Assembly (NCBI GenBank): GCA_965113315.1
Contig: OZ220365.1
Length of the DNA stretch: 64,000 nucleotides
Source of the DNA: Podarcis vaucheri
Lineage: Eukaryota
Strand: one strand, 5' to 3'
The stretch's first letter is position 1; every line of letters starts with the position of its first letter. The notes beneath the pieces are model-generated. The model did no database searches and was not told the origin of the DNA. It saw only the letters and a list, made by a program, of their open reading frames with translations. Positions 10,631 through 22,649 of the stretch are shown here, one piece after another. Position numbers and translations under genes: made by a program.

Positions 10631-12520
10631 CCTTAGTGAGTGTCTGCCTGTCTTTCCTTCCTTCCTTAAACACTACCTGTGGCCAGCAAAGCTGGAACAT
10701 AGTTCCAACCACCATGTTCCAAATTCACCCACACGCTCGGATGCTAGTGCCATATAGTTAACATTATTCCAGGGGCATTCTAGGAAGGAAGAACCAAAGG
10801 CGGCCCTACCATTTTGCAGAATGGAGGGGCTGCCTCAGGCAGCAGATGCTGGGTGGTAATGAGTGGTGCTGTAGGGCAAAACTGTGAGTGCTGTGCAGAT
10901 TGCCCTGGGCTGTCAGCGGAGAATTCTGTGCCAACATCAGTGTTGAAGTAAGATCTAGCTGCCAGCCTAGAGCTTGGAATATGAAAGCTGCCCTGTCCTT
11001 CACCAGGGAAAATGACTTAGGCTGACCCTGGGATGAGCATAGTAGTTGTAGCTGCTGCTGCTACCACAGAATATATTTTGAAAAAGTAAAGCCTTCTTCA
11101 GGCATTCAGAATAATGCATTAGAGGTCAAACTAGGCAGTGGGTGCAGGTACACTTGCTGCCACTGCACTCAAGCATCCTCATGCATGCTGTTCCTGTTCC
11201 TCCTTTCTTAACTTTCACATGTCTGGAGGGGGATTTTTCATTGAGTTGGTTGAGAATCAGCATTCCCAAACTAAGAGAGGGTTCTAACCATGTTCAGCAG
11301 AATGCAGTTTGAATCTCCTTTGTCCTCGGTGCAGAAGAGGATGAGATGGGGACAGAACAAACAGGGATTTGGGGGTCAGAGCGCAGCATGCATATCCACG
11401 ACCCCTGCCCACTTTAAGCCCAGACATATTCTGCTGAAAGCCTGAATAGGACTTATAAGAAAGGAGGGAGGAAAGAGCTGTCACTGCAGCAAGTAATATA
11501 TTTTGAATCAGGGAACTGGATGTGGTTGCCGGGCCAGATCCTACCTTCCTGCCCACCGCAGGCCGATTTTAACAGGAGGGTGGGGCTAGCCACCTATCAG
11601 TCACCCGACCTTTGTATGCCATCAAGTGACAACATGAAAGGGGCTCACCTTCAAAGTCCATCTTCAAGCAGTTTCAACACAAACTGCTTCAGTAGTGATG
11701 CCTCTTGGTGCTCATCTGCTGATAGGCATTGAGAGATATTGCCTTAGAAGTCTGATTGCAAGTGGTTTGTTTTGAAGCTGCTTCCAAACATACTTCAAAG
11801 CTGATGCCTTTCAATGCCAATCAGCTGATAAGCTCTGAAAAACATCATTCTAAGTCCATGTGCAAATGGTCTCAAGGCAAGCTACTTGCAAACTGGCTTC
11901 GAAGTGCTGGCTGCCACACCTTTACCTGTCTCACACTGGATGATGCCTACGATGACCCAACCCTGTTTTAACTTAAGGAAAAGAAAGGAAATGGCCAAAA
12001 CTTCAGTGGTAAGCAAACACTCCTGGAAATCATTTCAACCATTTTACTGCCCCACCTAAGATCATCAAAGTGTCCCTTTCCCTGCCCCCTATTTGTCATT
12101 GGCAAATATGGTCATGAATTTGGGGGTCTGGGGCTATTATATACCAAAGAAAAGTGAACTTGAAGAGACATTTCACGAGAATATTAAGAGGAAAGGCAAG
12201 TGATCTGAAGATTTTTTTACAGAGCTGAAGTTGAACAGTCAGAGCTGCAACTGTGAGCAGCTAGCAACCTCTATCATAAGAGATTGACTTGTGATTAGCA
12301 TTAGAGAAGGGGGGGAGATGCAAAAAAAAAAAAAAGGACTTTCGGAAGCTGCAGATCTGCTTTTAGACAGAACATTCAGAATGTGCCAAGCATCCAAAAT
12401 TACCTGCAGCATGGTTGCTGCTTTGGATCCTGATGCTGCTGTAACTTCAAGCAGAATGGAAAGCAAACAGGAAGTGAAAAGGGCAAGAAGAGAGTAGGAA
12501 GTCAAAAGACCAGAGCTCAC

Positions 12521-12580
12521 CTCCCAGTAGTGGCATCATTGCCACTTCTTCCGATGCTCCCAAACCCTGGCTGGGGAGAC
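12521..12580 (-). other. Candidate 60-nt exon on the minus strand
   Basis: Minus strand acceptor CGCTTCTCTTCAG| and donor GAG|GTGAGC. Length is a multiple of 3 and it is open in phases 1 and 2. No protein recognised. Confidence 0.3.
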
Positions 12581-14042
12581 CTGAAGAGAAGCGTTTCCAA
12601 GAGGGGCTGGACATGCACTGTTGCTTTCTACTCTGGCCCCCACTTTTCATTTTTAATACTGAGTTTGTTTCTGTCTCTTTGAAGTTCAGGGGTACTAATC
12701 ACTTTCTTAATTAAAATAGCTATCACATGGACCGCTAGTCAAATCCAAAAAAAGGCAACTCTTCATTCCTTGTTAGAAAATGCAAACAATGGACTATTCA
12801 CTAAAACTATATTTGCCAGATTTTCTCAGCCATTTGTCTAGAGGCCTAATAATCAATTTTGAATCATTCAAATGTAGTCAAACCGAAATGAATATGAATC
12901 ATTTCAAATCCCTATGTTTGGAACCTGCAGAATAAATCTTTCCACTCTCCAAGGTGCCGGATGTCTTTGTCTTTTCAGAGAGGTTTTATTGGTTGTAGCT
13001 AAGAGATAAAAAAAAAAGGAGGAGGGGGGAGAGAGGGAGGAAAACATAGAGCAGCAAAAGTGAAAACAGCTGGAAATATTTGAGGCTGCCTCATGTTACT
13101 TTGGGAAACATGGGGTGGCAACCTACCCATGGGCATTTGCCTAACTACTAGATATCTGCCAGAATATACAGTAGCAGCACTAGATAATTACACACTGATC
13201 TCACCTTCTCAGATACTTTTCATATGTAATGCACAGAGCACACATCTTGCCAAGGCTGACTAAGTAATTGATAGGTTAGGTTACCTATAGAGAGCTGATC
13301 TTTTTCAGACACCGTATGCACTTTATGAAAATCTGAGCAATGTTACAGAGTCTGAAAATGGTTTTGTTTTGCGGTTTTTTTGAACAAATCCTGTTATTTA
13401 TTATCAAGGTGTGCTTTGGTTCACTGCTGTCAAGCACTTCTGACAGAAATCCTCATTTTTTATATTAAAAGGGTTTAGGAACTAGGAAAACTGTGGGATT
13501 AACATGCAAGCACATTCATGTTGTCCTACTCGGTGTTTACTGGGTAAATGGGGATGCTCCAATCTGATTATTCGTGTTTTCCAGCTTCCTCAATACAAAT
13601 AAATAATAAGGCCTGCATATTTGCTGTTGAGAGTTTATGGATTACTTAATTGACAACATGCTTTAGAATCATTGTTTACATTGTTCTGCCACTCTCTCCT
13701 GTTCCATTCTCTTCTGTTTTTCTGTTGTATTCGGCTCATCACTATTGTCATAATCTTCTGTTTGCTGACACAAACCAGACAGAGCTGGTCCCAAGCAGCT
13801 GCTGAAACAGAGATGAACTGGAACAACTTTACACAATGCTAACCTTGTACCATACAAGAAAAAGAAATTACTGATTTAGAACACGTTTCTGTTTCAGTCT
13901 CGATCAGTGGTGCAGCTAAGATAATTTGCAGATCCCAGGTGGGTATGGCTTCAGATGATCATACATATCACTTCAGATGTGAAGTGCACAACTAATATTT
14001 CTCTCCTCTCGTGCCCATTTCCTACTTCACGACAACTCGATA

Positions 14043-14310
14043 CACTATGTCCAAGGCATTCCCCTGATCCACCAAGCTTGTAACTCTATAACAAATAAGA
14101 TGTGTCTGGCATGAATTGTTTTTGAGAAATCCATGGTGGTTCTTAGAGTAATCACAGCATTCTTTTCTAAGTGCTCACAGAGCGATTGTTTAATTATCTG
14201 TTCTAGGACCTTTTCTAGTATCAATGTCAAGCTGATCGGTCAGTAGTTACCTCGATCTTCTCCCATCTCCCTCCTTTTGAAGATGGGGACAACATTTGCC
14301 TGCCTCCAGT
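14043..14310 (-). mobile_element. CR1 LINE ORF2 (RT N-terminal) fragment
   Basis: Translates with frameshifts to WRQANVVPIFK..GNY*PISLTLILEKVLEQIIKQSLCEHLEKNAVI..HHGFLKNNSCQTHLI..VTSLVDQGNALDIV. Confidence 0.9.
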
Positions 14311-15035
14311 GCACAGAACCCCACAATCCCCCAAGAATATGTGTTGTACCAGTGGGCTATGAGTACAAATCAGCCCTCGGGATATGAGTGTTTGTGTTTG
14401 TCTGCAAGGAGGGATATTATTCCATTTCATGAATAAAACATGGTTGTTGCGACTGCTGCCCCCGTGAGTAAATCGTGGATTTCATTCTCAGCATGTTAGC
14501 TAAAAAGGTTGCTGATACACCAGATGTCCCACAGGATGCCACTGCAATTTGTTGTGCTGAAACCTACAGTCAAGCCAAGCTATTAAGCCACCAGGGGCAT
14601 TTTAAGTGCACTGCTGCACAGGAGCAGATAGGGGGAAAATTGAAAGCAGAAAACTGGATTGCCTGTACACTGCTGATGTACTGGCTACAGTTAACATCGT
14701 CTTCAGAGATTACCTAGACTAGTAGTTTTCAACTTGTTCATATGATCTAGAAATCAACTTTAGCCTCAACCTGCATTATGAGCACTGCTTGATGTATAAT
14801 GTATAAAACATACTTTTCAAAGGCTGTGTGAATCCCATTTTCTCTTTTCTCTCCTGCACTAGAGAACTGCTGCCAGTCTGAAGAGACAGTGCTAGACTAT
14901 GGTCTTTCTCTTTATAGCCTTAAAATATAAACTTTAAATATAAACCTGGCAGTGCAACAGATATAAGCTATATTCAGTTCACAACACAAGACATTTGTGG
15001 GCCCTGTCCATCAGTTGAAGATCAATGATATACAC

Positions 15036-15169
15036 CAAGGATGCCCAACATGGCACCCTCCAAACATGGCACCCTCCAAAAATGGATTAAAGTTCCTTCA
15101 TCCCTGACCATTGCCCATGCTGGCTGAAGAGTCCAACAACATATAGTGGGCCCCATGTTGGCTACCCCG
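15036..15169. mobile_element. Old hAT MITE (related to the 10495/29009 family)
   Basis: Ends CAAGGATGCCCAACATG...CATGTTGGCTACCCCG, core CATCCCTGACCATTG. Degenerate TSD ATATACAC/ATACAGAC. Internal 16-bp tandem duplication. Confidence 0.6.
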
Positions 15170-16515
15170 ATACAGACTACAAAAAAAGTAAAAGATAAAT
15201 GGCCAGTTTGGAAATTCGCCTAGTATGCAATATGTTGGAAGTGATACCACAGTGTTATGAAATTTTATTTTTAATATCTTAAAATAAAAGCCTTCTGAAG
15301 TCTGAATATATGCTTGACTATAATGTGTGTTTTTAAAATAGCTAATGCAATTCATTTCCTATGCAGCATGCAGAATGTGTTCTATAATAAATAACCAGTA
15401 TGCAGCTACAGATACCACAAATTTTGACCCATCTCTCGGCATTAGAAGTTACTCAAAACTGATTTATTGATGGCTTGTGTTGGAAGAAAAATGGAGGTAA
15501 ATTACATTATTAATATGATTAGCATATTATCTTCTAGCCACCAGGGCATTCACTATTAAAATAATAAAAGAGAACTTTTTATGAAGCATAATTTGGCATA
15601 ATATTAAGCATAAACTAGGTATGCTTTTTCTCTAGACTACTTCTGATGTAGCTTAAAGCCCCCCACACAAAAAAAGAGTCATATACTAATTTAGTTATTT
15701 TGAGTACAGCTAGCAGACAGTGAAAACAGCATGGATCCGCTGAAGGTAGAAAAGGGATTGAGGTACAAACTAGATGGATGATACCTGAGTTCTTCTAAAA
15801 ACAGCTGCAGGGGGTCCTGATTTGCATCATGGCTAAACACAAGGAAGATGGGGTGTTAACAAAGCACTTGCTGTTGTGTCTCCATGTATTTATCTTCATG
15901 GCTAATTATAACTATTTGAGGGGCAGGGAATCTTCAGCAGAGACCCCTGAGCAAACGAGCCAACTTGCCCCTGCGATTGAGGGGGACCACACCACATGGA
16001 ATGCTGACATCATGTATGCACGCCATGCAGTGTGTCAACATCACACATGCCGCATAGTGTGCTGATGTGTTATGCAGACGGCGGGCACAGAGAAGCGGAG
16101 TGTGGCCACTGGGCTTTGCGTTCAACCTCCTTCTCCCCACATGACATTTCCACAGGACTTGGGGAGTAGCCACCTCCTTGAAATTTTTGGGAGGGGCTCA
16201 AGACCCCTTAGCCTGACTAGTTGGCATGCCTGCCCCTGAGGCATGGAGGAAACGGTTGTACCTCCTTACCCTCTGGCATGTCCTTGAGCCAAATTGAGGT
16301 CTCCTGTGGCTGCTTTTAAAAGACAATTATCCAATCAAAGATCTACCATGGAACATGTAGTTAGGCCCTCTGAGGAGGTCACACCTTTCAGCAGTTCAGT
16401 TTGTTTCTTAGTTTATCTAACAGCAGCATATTTACAGAAAAGACGTGGTTCATCACTGAACCTTTCAAAATTTTGCTTTTTTATTTTGCTATGTTACTAC
16501 ATGTTACTCTTAGCT

Positions 16516-16638
16516 TAAGGTTACCAGATGTCCCCGTTTCCCGGGGACAGTCCCCGGATTTACAAATCAGTCCCCATACAAAATCCATTGAAGTTGAAAA
16601 GTGTCTCCGGATTCACTGAAAAAAATCTGGTAACCCTA
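16516..16638. mobile_element. hAT-Blackjack-like MITE, 123 bp
   Basis: TIRs TAAGGTTACCAGAT...ATCTGGTAACCCTA, with GTCCCCG subterminal repeats. TSD TCTTAGCT/TCTGAGCA (6/8). Confidence 0.8.
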
Positions 16639-16887
16639 TCTGAGCAATGTGTCAAGATTTACAGAGTTTTCTGTTACAAAGGCTGTCCGGTCTAAGTAAA
16701 GTTTAAAGAATCATAAAAAGGGAAGAGAAGTGGCCTTGAAGTTACTCATCAACAGTCAGAACCTCAACAACAGACAGACCAGGCATACAGATTATGTGCT
16801 CAATTCCTCAGCAATATAATGAGGTATATTGTATTTCTATTTAAATTATAGCAACAATTTCTAAATGTGCATCTATACATGCAAATT

Positions 16888-17152
16888 TGTTGTTGTTGTT
16901 GTTTAGTCGTTTCGTCATGTCCGACTCTTCATGACCCCATGGACCAGAGCACGCCAGGCTGTCTTTGTCCATGGAGTTTTCTTGGCAGGGATACTGGAGT
17001 GCCTTGCCGGTTCCTGCTCCAGGTGGATCACATTTGGTCAAAACTCTCCACTATGACCTGTCCATCTTGGGTGGCCCTGCACGGCATAGCTCATAGCTTC
17101 TCTGAGTTATTCAAGCCCCTTCGCCATGGCAAGGCAGTGATCCATGAAGGGG
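16888..17152 (-). mobile_element. Bipartite non-autonomous Bov-B (RTE) derivative: 5' UTR fused directly to the 3' end, 265 bp
   Basis: Minus strand carries the Bov-B-type 5' UTR (GATCACTGCCTTGCCATGGCGAAGGGGCTTG...CTCCAGTATCCCTGCCAAGAAAACTCCATGGAC) joined to GCCTGGCGTGCT..GAGTCGGACATGACGAAACGACTAAA(CAA)n. 11-bp TSD ACATGCAAATT (16877-16887, 17153-17163). Confidence 0.85.
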
Positions 17153-17510
17153 ACATGCAAATTAGCATAGATACATTTTACTCAAATGTGTGTCCTCTTT
17201 TGCCCTCCTTTTTAGGTGATGTATTTTCTGTTTTTAAGTATTGTTCTGACAAAGCAGTCACCCTATTTATCATTAACTATCCCAGTAATGGGCTTTTATG
17301 GTAACCACAATCAAGCTTGGACCTTTCCTGGGTGGGCAGATTCATAAATGGTAAAGTTTGAGAGAAGCATTAGTCCTACATTTTAAGGAAATAGACCACA
17401 TTTTATGTATGCTGCTTTGCCCTACTATATAGGGCATACTATCTATATATATACAAACGTGTCCTTATTTCTAGTCATTTCCTGTAAAATGTTTAAAGTA
17501 ACAAGCCAAC

Positions 17511-17628
17511 AGTTGTATCCAATGTTAGTCATATAAACTCAGAGTAGACCCAGTGAAATTTATGGGCATGGCTTGAGTCAATTCATTTCAATGGATTTAC
17601 TCTGAGTACAACTTAGGTGGCTACAGCT
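17511..17628. mobile_element. Palindromic MITE-like repeat (superfamily uncertain)
   Basis: Ends AGTTGTATCC...GGCTACAGCT and inner arms ACTCAGAGTAGACCCAGTGAAAT / ATTTCAATGGATTTACTCTGAGT. Loosely similar degenerate hairpin repeats lie near 27445-27610 and 35665-35750. Confidence 0.6.
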
Positions 17629-17791
17629 CTGAATGTCCAACCTTGAGTTGCCTTTTTTCTCCTAGAGAAGAGGAGCTTTAATTAGCAGCAAGGAGACTAC
17701 CAACCACTTCAATTATAAAAGACATTCTAGTCAAATAATTGGAGCTTGGGGTGGATTTTGCGTTGATTTATTGGTTTGTTGGTTACCTTGA

Positions 17792-17845
<54 letters not shown>
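17792..17845. repeat. (TTTC)n microsatellite
   Basis: Directly visible. Confidence 0.98.
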
Positions 17846-17850
<5 letters not shown>

Positions 17851-19004
17851 TCTCGCAACTGATGTATATATCTGATGCCTTTGCACAGAGAATGAGGAAA
17901 TGGCTCTCTTGTTATATTAAAACAATTATTTAGAATTATTAGTAATTAATGCATATTTAAAATTATGAACACTCATGGCACAGTAGCCTAAGTATCTCAT
18001 TTAGAGATAATTACACTCTAGCCAATGGTTCTTCATTATGTGCTGCCTGGGTTACTTTATCTTATTTTCACCCACAAACATCATGAATGTTTCGCCTGAG
18101 CCTTAAAAAAAATCAAGGGGGAAAAATAAAGAAATGGATCAGAGATTACAACAAGCTTCTAATGTCAAATGGGCAGGCAGACAATCTAGATAGATGTCAG
18201 TTGGCACTAAGTGACAGTAAGCTGCCTTATGCTGTTCCCTGAATGATGGATGACAAATCTTATTGTTATACAGATGCTTAACTCACTGATGTGCATTATA
18301 ATTTTGAAGATGCCAGCTGATTTGCACAGATTAGTATGCTATACAGCTAGAAATACAGTGCAGGGAATAGGAAGCTCGAATTGGTTTATTTTTCCTCTTG
18401 TTTGTTGCCTGACAGCTTTAACTCTGAGACCCATTCATTATGACAAAGTGAATTTATAGAGGTCTGGGATTGGGCTGGGACTTTTCCCCCCTGTTAAAAG
18501 TGGGAAGGTTTGCCTGGAGCTGATTTGCATTTTAGATAGGCTGATCACTTTGACTGAAATGTCTTTAATAAAAGGGGGGAAGGGGATCCGAGATGGAATT
18601 CTAGAGCTATTAAGGTCAATGGAAAGTGGTCCACATAGTTGTGTGGTGCCAGAATTTAATCCCAGCAGCAGACGATAGTGTGGCAGTGTTAACTGAGCAT
18701 GGGAGGCAGGTCTGGGCAATGTGATATGAGAATTATTGTTCCCTCATGCATGCCAGAATATGTATATACCTTCATGTGTTCTGATATTCCCAGTTCACCT
18801 TGATTCGGAGCTTAGAAGCACTCTATAATGGGGATAAATTCCCAAACAATGTGGGAAAGAACATCTGCTGAGGGGTTTATGTAATTTTCCAGTCAATTAG
18901 TTCTGTCAGGAAGATAAAGTATTTCATTCCTTTGAAGAGGCCAATAGTATAGTTTGGGGGAAGGAAAGCCCTAAGATGGTAGAAATGCAGCATAAAGCAA
19001 AGTG

Positions 19005-19028
19005 GTGTGTGTGTGTGTGTGTGTGTGT
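19005..19028. repeat. (GT)n microsatellite
   Basis: Directly visible. Confidence 0.98.
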
Positions 19029-19259
19029 AGGGGGAGTGATGTATCCAGGTTGTGTGTTTTCATCTTATCACTCACTTCTTGTGTTTCAGACTATTCATTC
19101 CTGCATTTTTCCGGCAAACTTTGGTATGTAGAAAACTCAAAAGGACAGGAGTGTTATATCATCTGCACACAAAAATCCCATTCCAAATAACTAGGAGTAT
19201 ATATCTGCTGAAAGTTTTTCCACAGTATAGATGGGTCACATATTTTCTAGCTTTTAAAA

Positions 19260-19261
<2 letters not shown>

Positions 19262-19301
<40 letters not shown>

Positions 19302-19320
19302 TACTACTACTACTACTATT
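19262..19320. repeat. Compound (TTA)n(CTA)n microsatellite
   Basis: Directly visible. Source of the poly-L and poly-N/S ORFs. Confidence 0.98.
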
Positions 19321-20473
19321 GAATTGTGTGTGATGCATTGCATGTCCTCTAGGCCCAAATAGCCCAGTAAAACTGCACAGTAACAGCTTACAAATGCATG
19401 CCACGAAGTGGGGAAAGTTTGTGCTTTGCGTCTTTTCCCTCACAGCAGATCGAGTACGGCCATTAAATGAATAAAACTGAAAGGCTTCTAATGCATTATA
19501 GGCTTTCAATCTGGTACACTTAGGGGCTCCCCAAACACTGCAATATGATTTATAAACTGCACTGAAAGGTTTCTCTGGCACTGTGCTGGTTCTTATCATG
19601 GGTCTCCTTATTAATATATCCTGTGGAGGAAATAGCTTTGTATCAAGGAGGAGAAATATTAAATAATATCAAATGGTAAGTCCTTTCATGCCTTTGAATG
19701 TTAATTCATCATCCTTTATCTGGGGTTTCTTTGATTTGTGCCTTATTTACTTTGTCTGTGCAATGATAACAGAAAGGGTCAATTTTGGAACTGGATATTA
19801 AAAGCAGACCATGGAGATACAAACAACTGTCCCATCAGACGCATCTCATTTTACAGGGTGAAAGGCCACGTTTTATCTGCTCATTTCCAGTAAACAGTAC
19901 AACAATGTTGGGAGACGTAGGAGGTGAATAAGATATGCACAGGTTTTTGTCTGAGTTCTCAGATATTTTCACCTTCATGGAGCTGCATTTGATCAAGGTT
20001 AGGGCATCAATGCAGAAATCAAGCAGGGTAAAGTTTTTCCTGCTAAGTGAATGAACTGCTAGGCTGCTCTTAAAAGCACAAGAGCAAGACCAGTTTAAAA
20101 GTTGACAACCTCAGTCAGAGAAACAAAAGCTTGACTTTATCATTCTGGTCAGGCTATTCCTTAATGTTAATCATGTATAGTATCATTTACAGGATCAGAA
20201 CCCAAACACTGAATAACCTGAACTATTTTTTTTTCTTTTCAAAAGCAGATATTTCAATTGAAGCTTCAAACAATCTCTGTTAGATTTCTAAAAAAGCAGC
20301 AGGCTGGAGAGATAGTGTTAACCCACTCACTCAGATAATAGCCACATTCCCACCCCTTTATGGACATCTCACTACCATCAAGTATTAATGCGCTTTAGAA
20401 GCATTGAGTCATACCCAGTGGTTTTGTGCTGTTCATGGAGAGCTCATATATCCAGCAGAGGTTTCCACAAATG

Positions 20474-20668
20474 CAGGGGCGGCCCAATAAATTTTGAGGC
20501 CTGAAGTGAAAAACAAAATGGTGTACCCTCTGCCAACTCCCCACCAAGCAAGAAGGTGTGAATGAGAAGCTATATCAGGAACAAGATCCACATCAGGATC
20601 TACTGCCCCTGTAGACTCTGCTGCTTGAGGCAGTCACCTCACCTTGCCTCATGCGTGGGCCGGCCCTG
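20474..20668. mobile_element. Old hAT (Tip100/MER45-like TIR) non-autonomous element
   Basis: TIRs CAGGGGCGGCCC...GGGCCGGCCCTG. Degenerate TSD CACAAATG/TAGGAATG. A probable older relative lies at ~23525-23778. Confidence 0.65.
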
Positions 20669-21600
20669 TAGGAATGTAAGTGGAGAAGCTTGCTAACTTC
20701 CCCTTACTTACAAGTTCAGCAGCCCCCAATGACCCCCCATGAGATAACATGAGAGTGGCTTGGGTGTAGGGCTTCAGGAGTAGGGCAAATCTGCAAATGC
20801 CACTTTCCTCCTCCTCCCATTCATGAAAGCCTCTATGGGATCAAACAGCCTTCTGTTAATAGAAGGACAGAACTTGATGCCTTCATAATATATACAGTAT
20901 CACCCTGATTCTCTATGTTTTTATGCAGCAAAATATTGGTGAGATCACAAAAAACCATGGCACGTTTGTGCTGCTAATGAGCTTTAAGAGCCAATTAACG
21001 TCATCTGTTTCATGAGTCTCTGTAGTGAAATGTAAGATGACAAATTAAGATCTATGTTTATGCTCAAAGCAAAATGTTGGAACTGTATAGAACTCAGCAG
21101 AGGTTTGTGCATTTATTCATTCAGTTCTTCATTTATTTAGAACTTGTATACTCTGCATTTTCTGTAATTTGAAACAAGCTAAAAACAAATAATGTGAAAC
21201 AATAGCAATGACCCCAAAAGAGAGAAAAGCCAAAAAGCAACAAAATAAGGCATGGATAGATAGCAATAAAGAAAACCCCAGTTAAAATATGGCCAAGAGG
21301 CAAAATGGAATAGGCACATATTTCCCTTCAGTTTTGTTCACTCATTATGTTCCATATTTCTATTCCCATAGATTTGCTCCAATTCATACAAAAATTGTCA
21401 CACCCCTGATCAATGCAATGCCTAGAAATGGCTAGTTTCTTAATATGAATGTGCCTCATAGGCATCTTGATCTTATTGAAAGGTGTTCTATAAATGCTAC
21501 TAATTTCTCCATTCATTTTATGTGCTACCAAACTACAATTAGAAGCAGCACTTGAAGAGAGCAGTGGGGATTGGTATCTTGTGTTGCTATCACATGCAGT

Positions 21601-21747
21601 TGTAATATGTGTGAATAAACCATATATCATAAAGACACCACAGACTCCGCTGTGCCTCTTTGTTCCAAAAGGAAACACAGCCCCTTGTAAACACACCTGG
21701 TACCCCTGGAATTTCATACCACTCAGAGACTGGGGTGGTGTGTAACA
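21601..21747 (+). mobile_element. LTR 3' fragment (R/U5), same family as 52097-52668
   Basis: Has AATAAA and ends ..GTAACA. Aligns by eye with the reverse complement of 52097-52232. Confidence 0.75.
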
Positions 21748-21984
21748 TTATAAACAGCACTGAGTTGTATTACCCGCATGCAGGGTCATGTGACAAAATA
21801 TTGCTTAATAAATCAAATGTACCAGTAAGTTTAACAGGGCAGCTACTGAAATTCCATTGCTGTTACATTACATTACGTTACATTACATTACCATCAAATC
21901 CTTCTCACATTTGCATCAGATGAAGTAGAACAGAGCAGACTGCAATCCAGCATTGGCACTATGGTACCAGCTTACAGAGGGAGA

Positions 21985-22649
21985 GGCCTGTTTCACATGT
22001 TACTTTAAACCATAGTTAAGCTTAACTATGGTTTAAAAGCATATATACAGCACACTGGCCCATAGAGCAAAATTAAGAGCTACTTCAATTCTCTGCTGCT
22101 ACAACTGTTGCCATAGTACCAGGAGCTAAACCATAGTTTGGCTTAGCATTTTGTCCAAATCCAAGGTCATAGTTTTGTCTCTCCACAAATAATTCAGGTT
22201 TGTTATTAGTTTACCACTCCAGCAGTGCAACAGCTTCAGAAGTTAGGAGGAGTGAAACAGCCATAATTTTTGCTCCATGCACCAGGATGCTATATGTTTG
22301 CCTTAAAACCTTTAAACTAAACTATAGTTTAAAGCATGGGTAGGCAAACTAAATCCAGCCCACGGACGGTCCGGGAATCAGCATGTTTTTACATGAGTAG
22401 AATGTGTCCATTTATTTAAAATGCATCTCTAGGTTATTTGTGGGGCCTGCCTGGTGTTTTTACATGAGTAGAATGTGTCCTTTTATTTAAAATGCATCTC
22501 TGGGTTATTTGTGGGGCATAGGAATTCTTTCTCTCTTTTTTTCTTTTCAAAATATAGTCCAGCCCCACACAAGGTCTGAGGGACAGTGGACCGGCCCCCT
22601 GCTGAAAAAGTTTGCTGACCCCAGTTTAAAGTGAGTTGTGAATGCGGTC
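21985..22649. mobile_element. Old TIR element (AAACCATAGTT-repeat type) interrupted by a hAT insertion
   Basis: Left GGCCTGTTTCACATGTTACTTTAAAC versus reverse complement of the right end GACCGCATTCACAACTCACTTTAAAC. Repeated AAAC(C/T)ATAGTT motifs. Confidence 0.55.
22335..22623. mobile_element. hAT-Charlie non-autonomous element (OposCharlie1/OC1-like 3' end) with a ~63-bp internal tandem duplication
   Basis: Perfect 8-bp TSD GTTTAAAG (22327-22334, 22624-22631). Ends CATGGGTAGGCAAACT...AGTTTGCTGACCCCA. Duplicated unit at ~22384-22446 and ~22454-22517. Confidence 0.85.

Noticed and set aside
19052-19599. Poly-Leu and poly-Asn/Ser ORFs
   Set aside because: Translation of the (TTA)n(CTA)n microsatellite.
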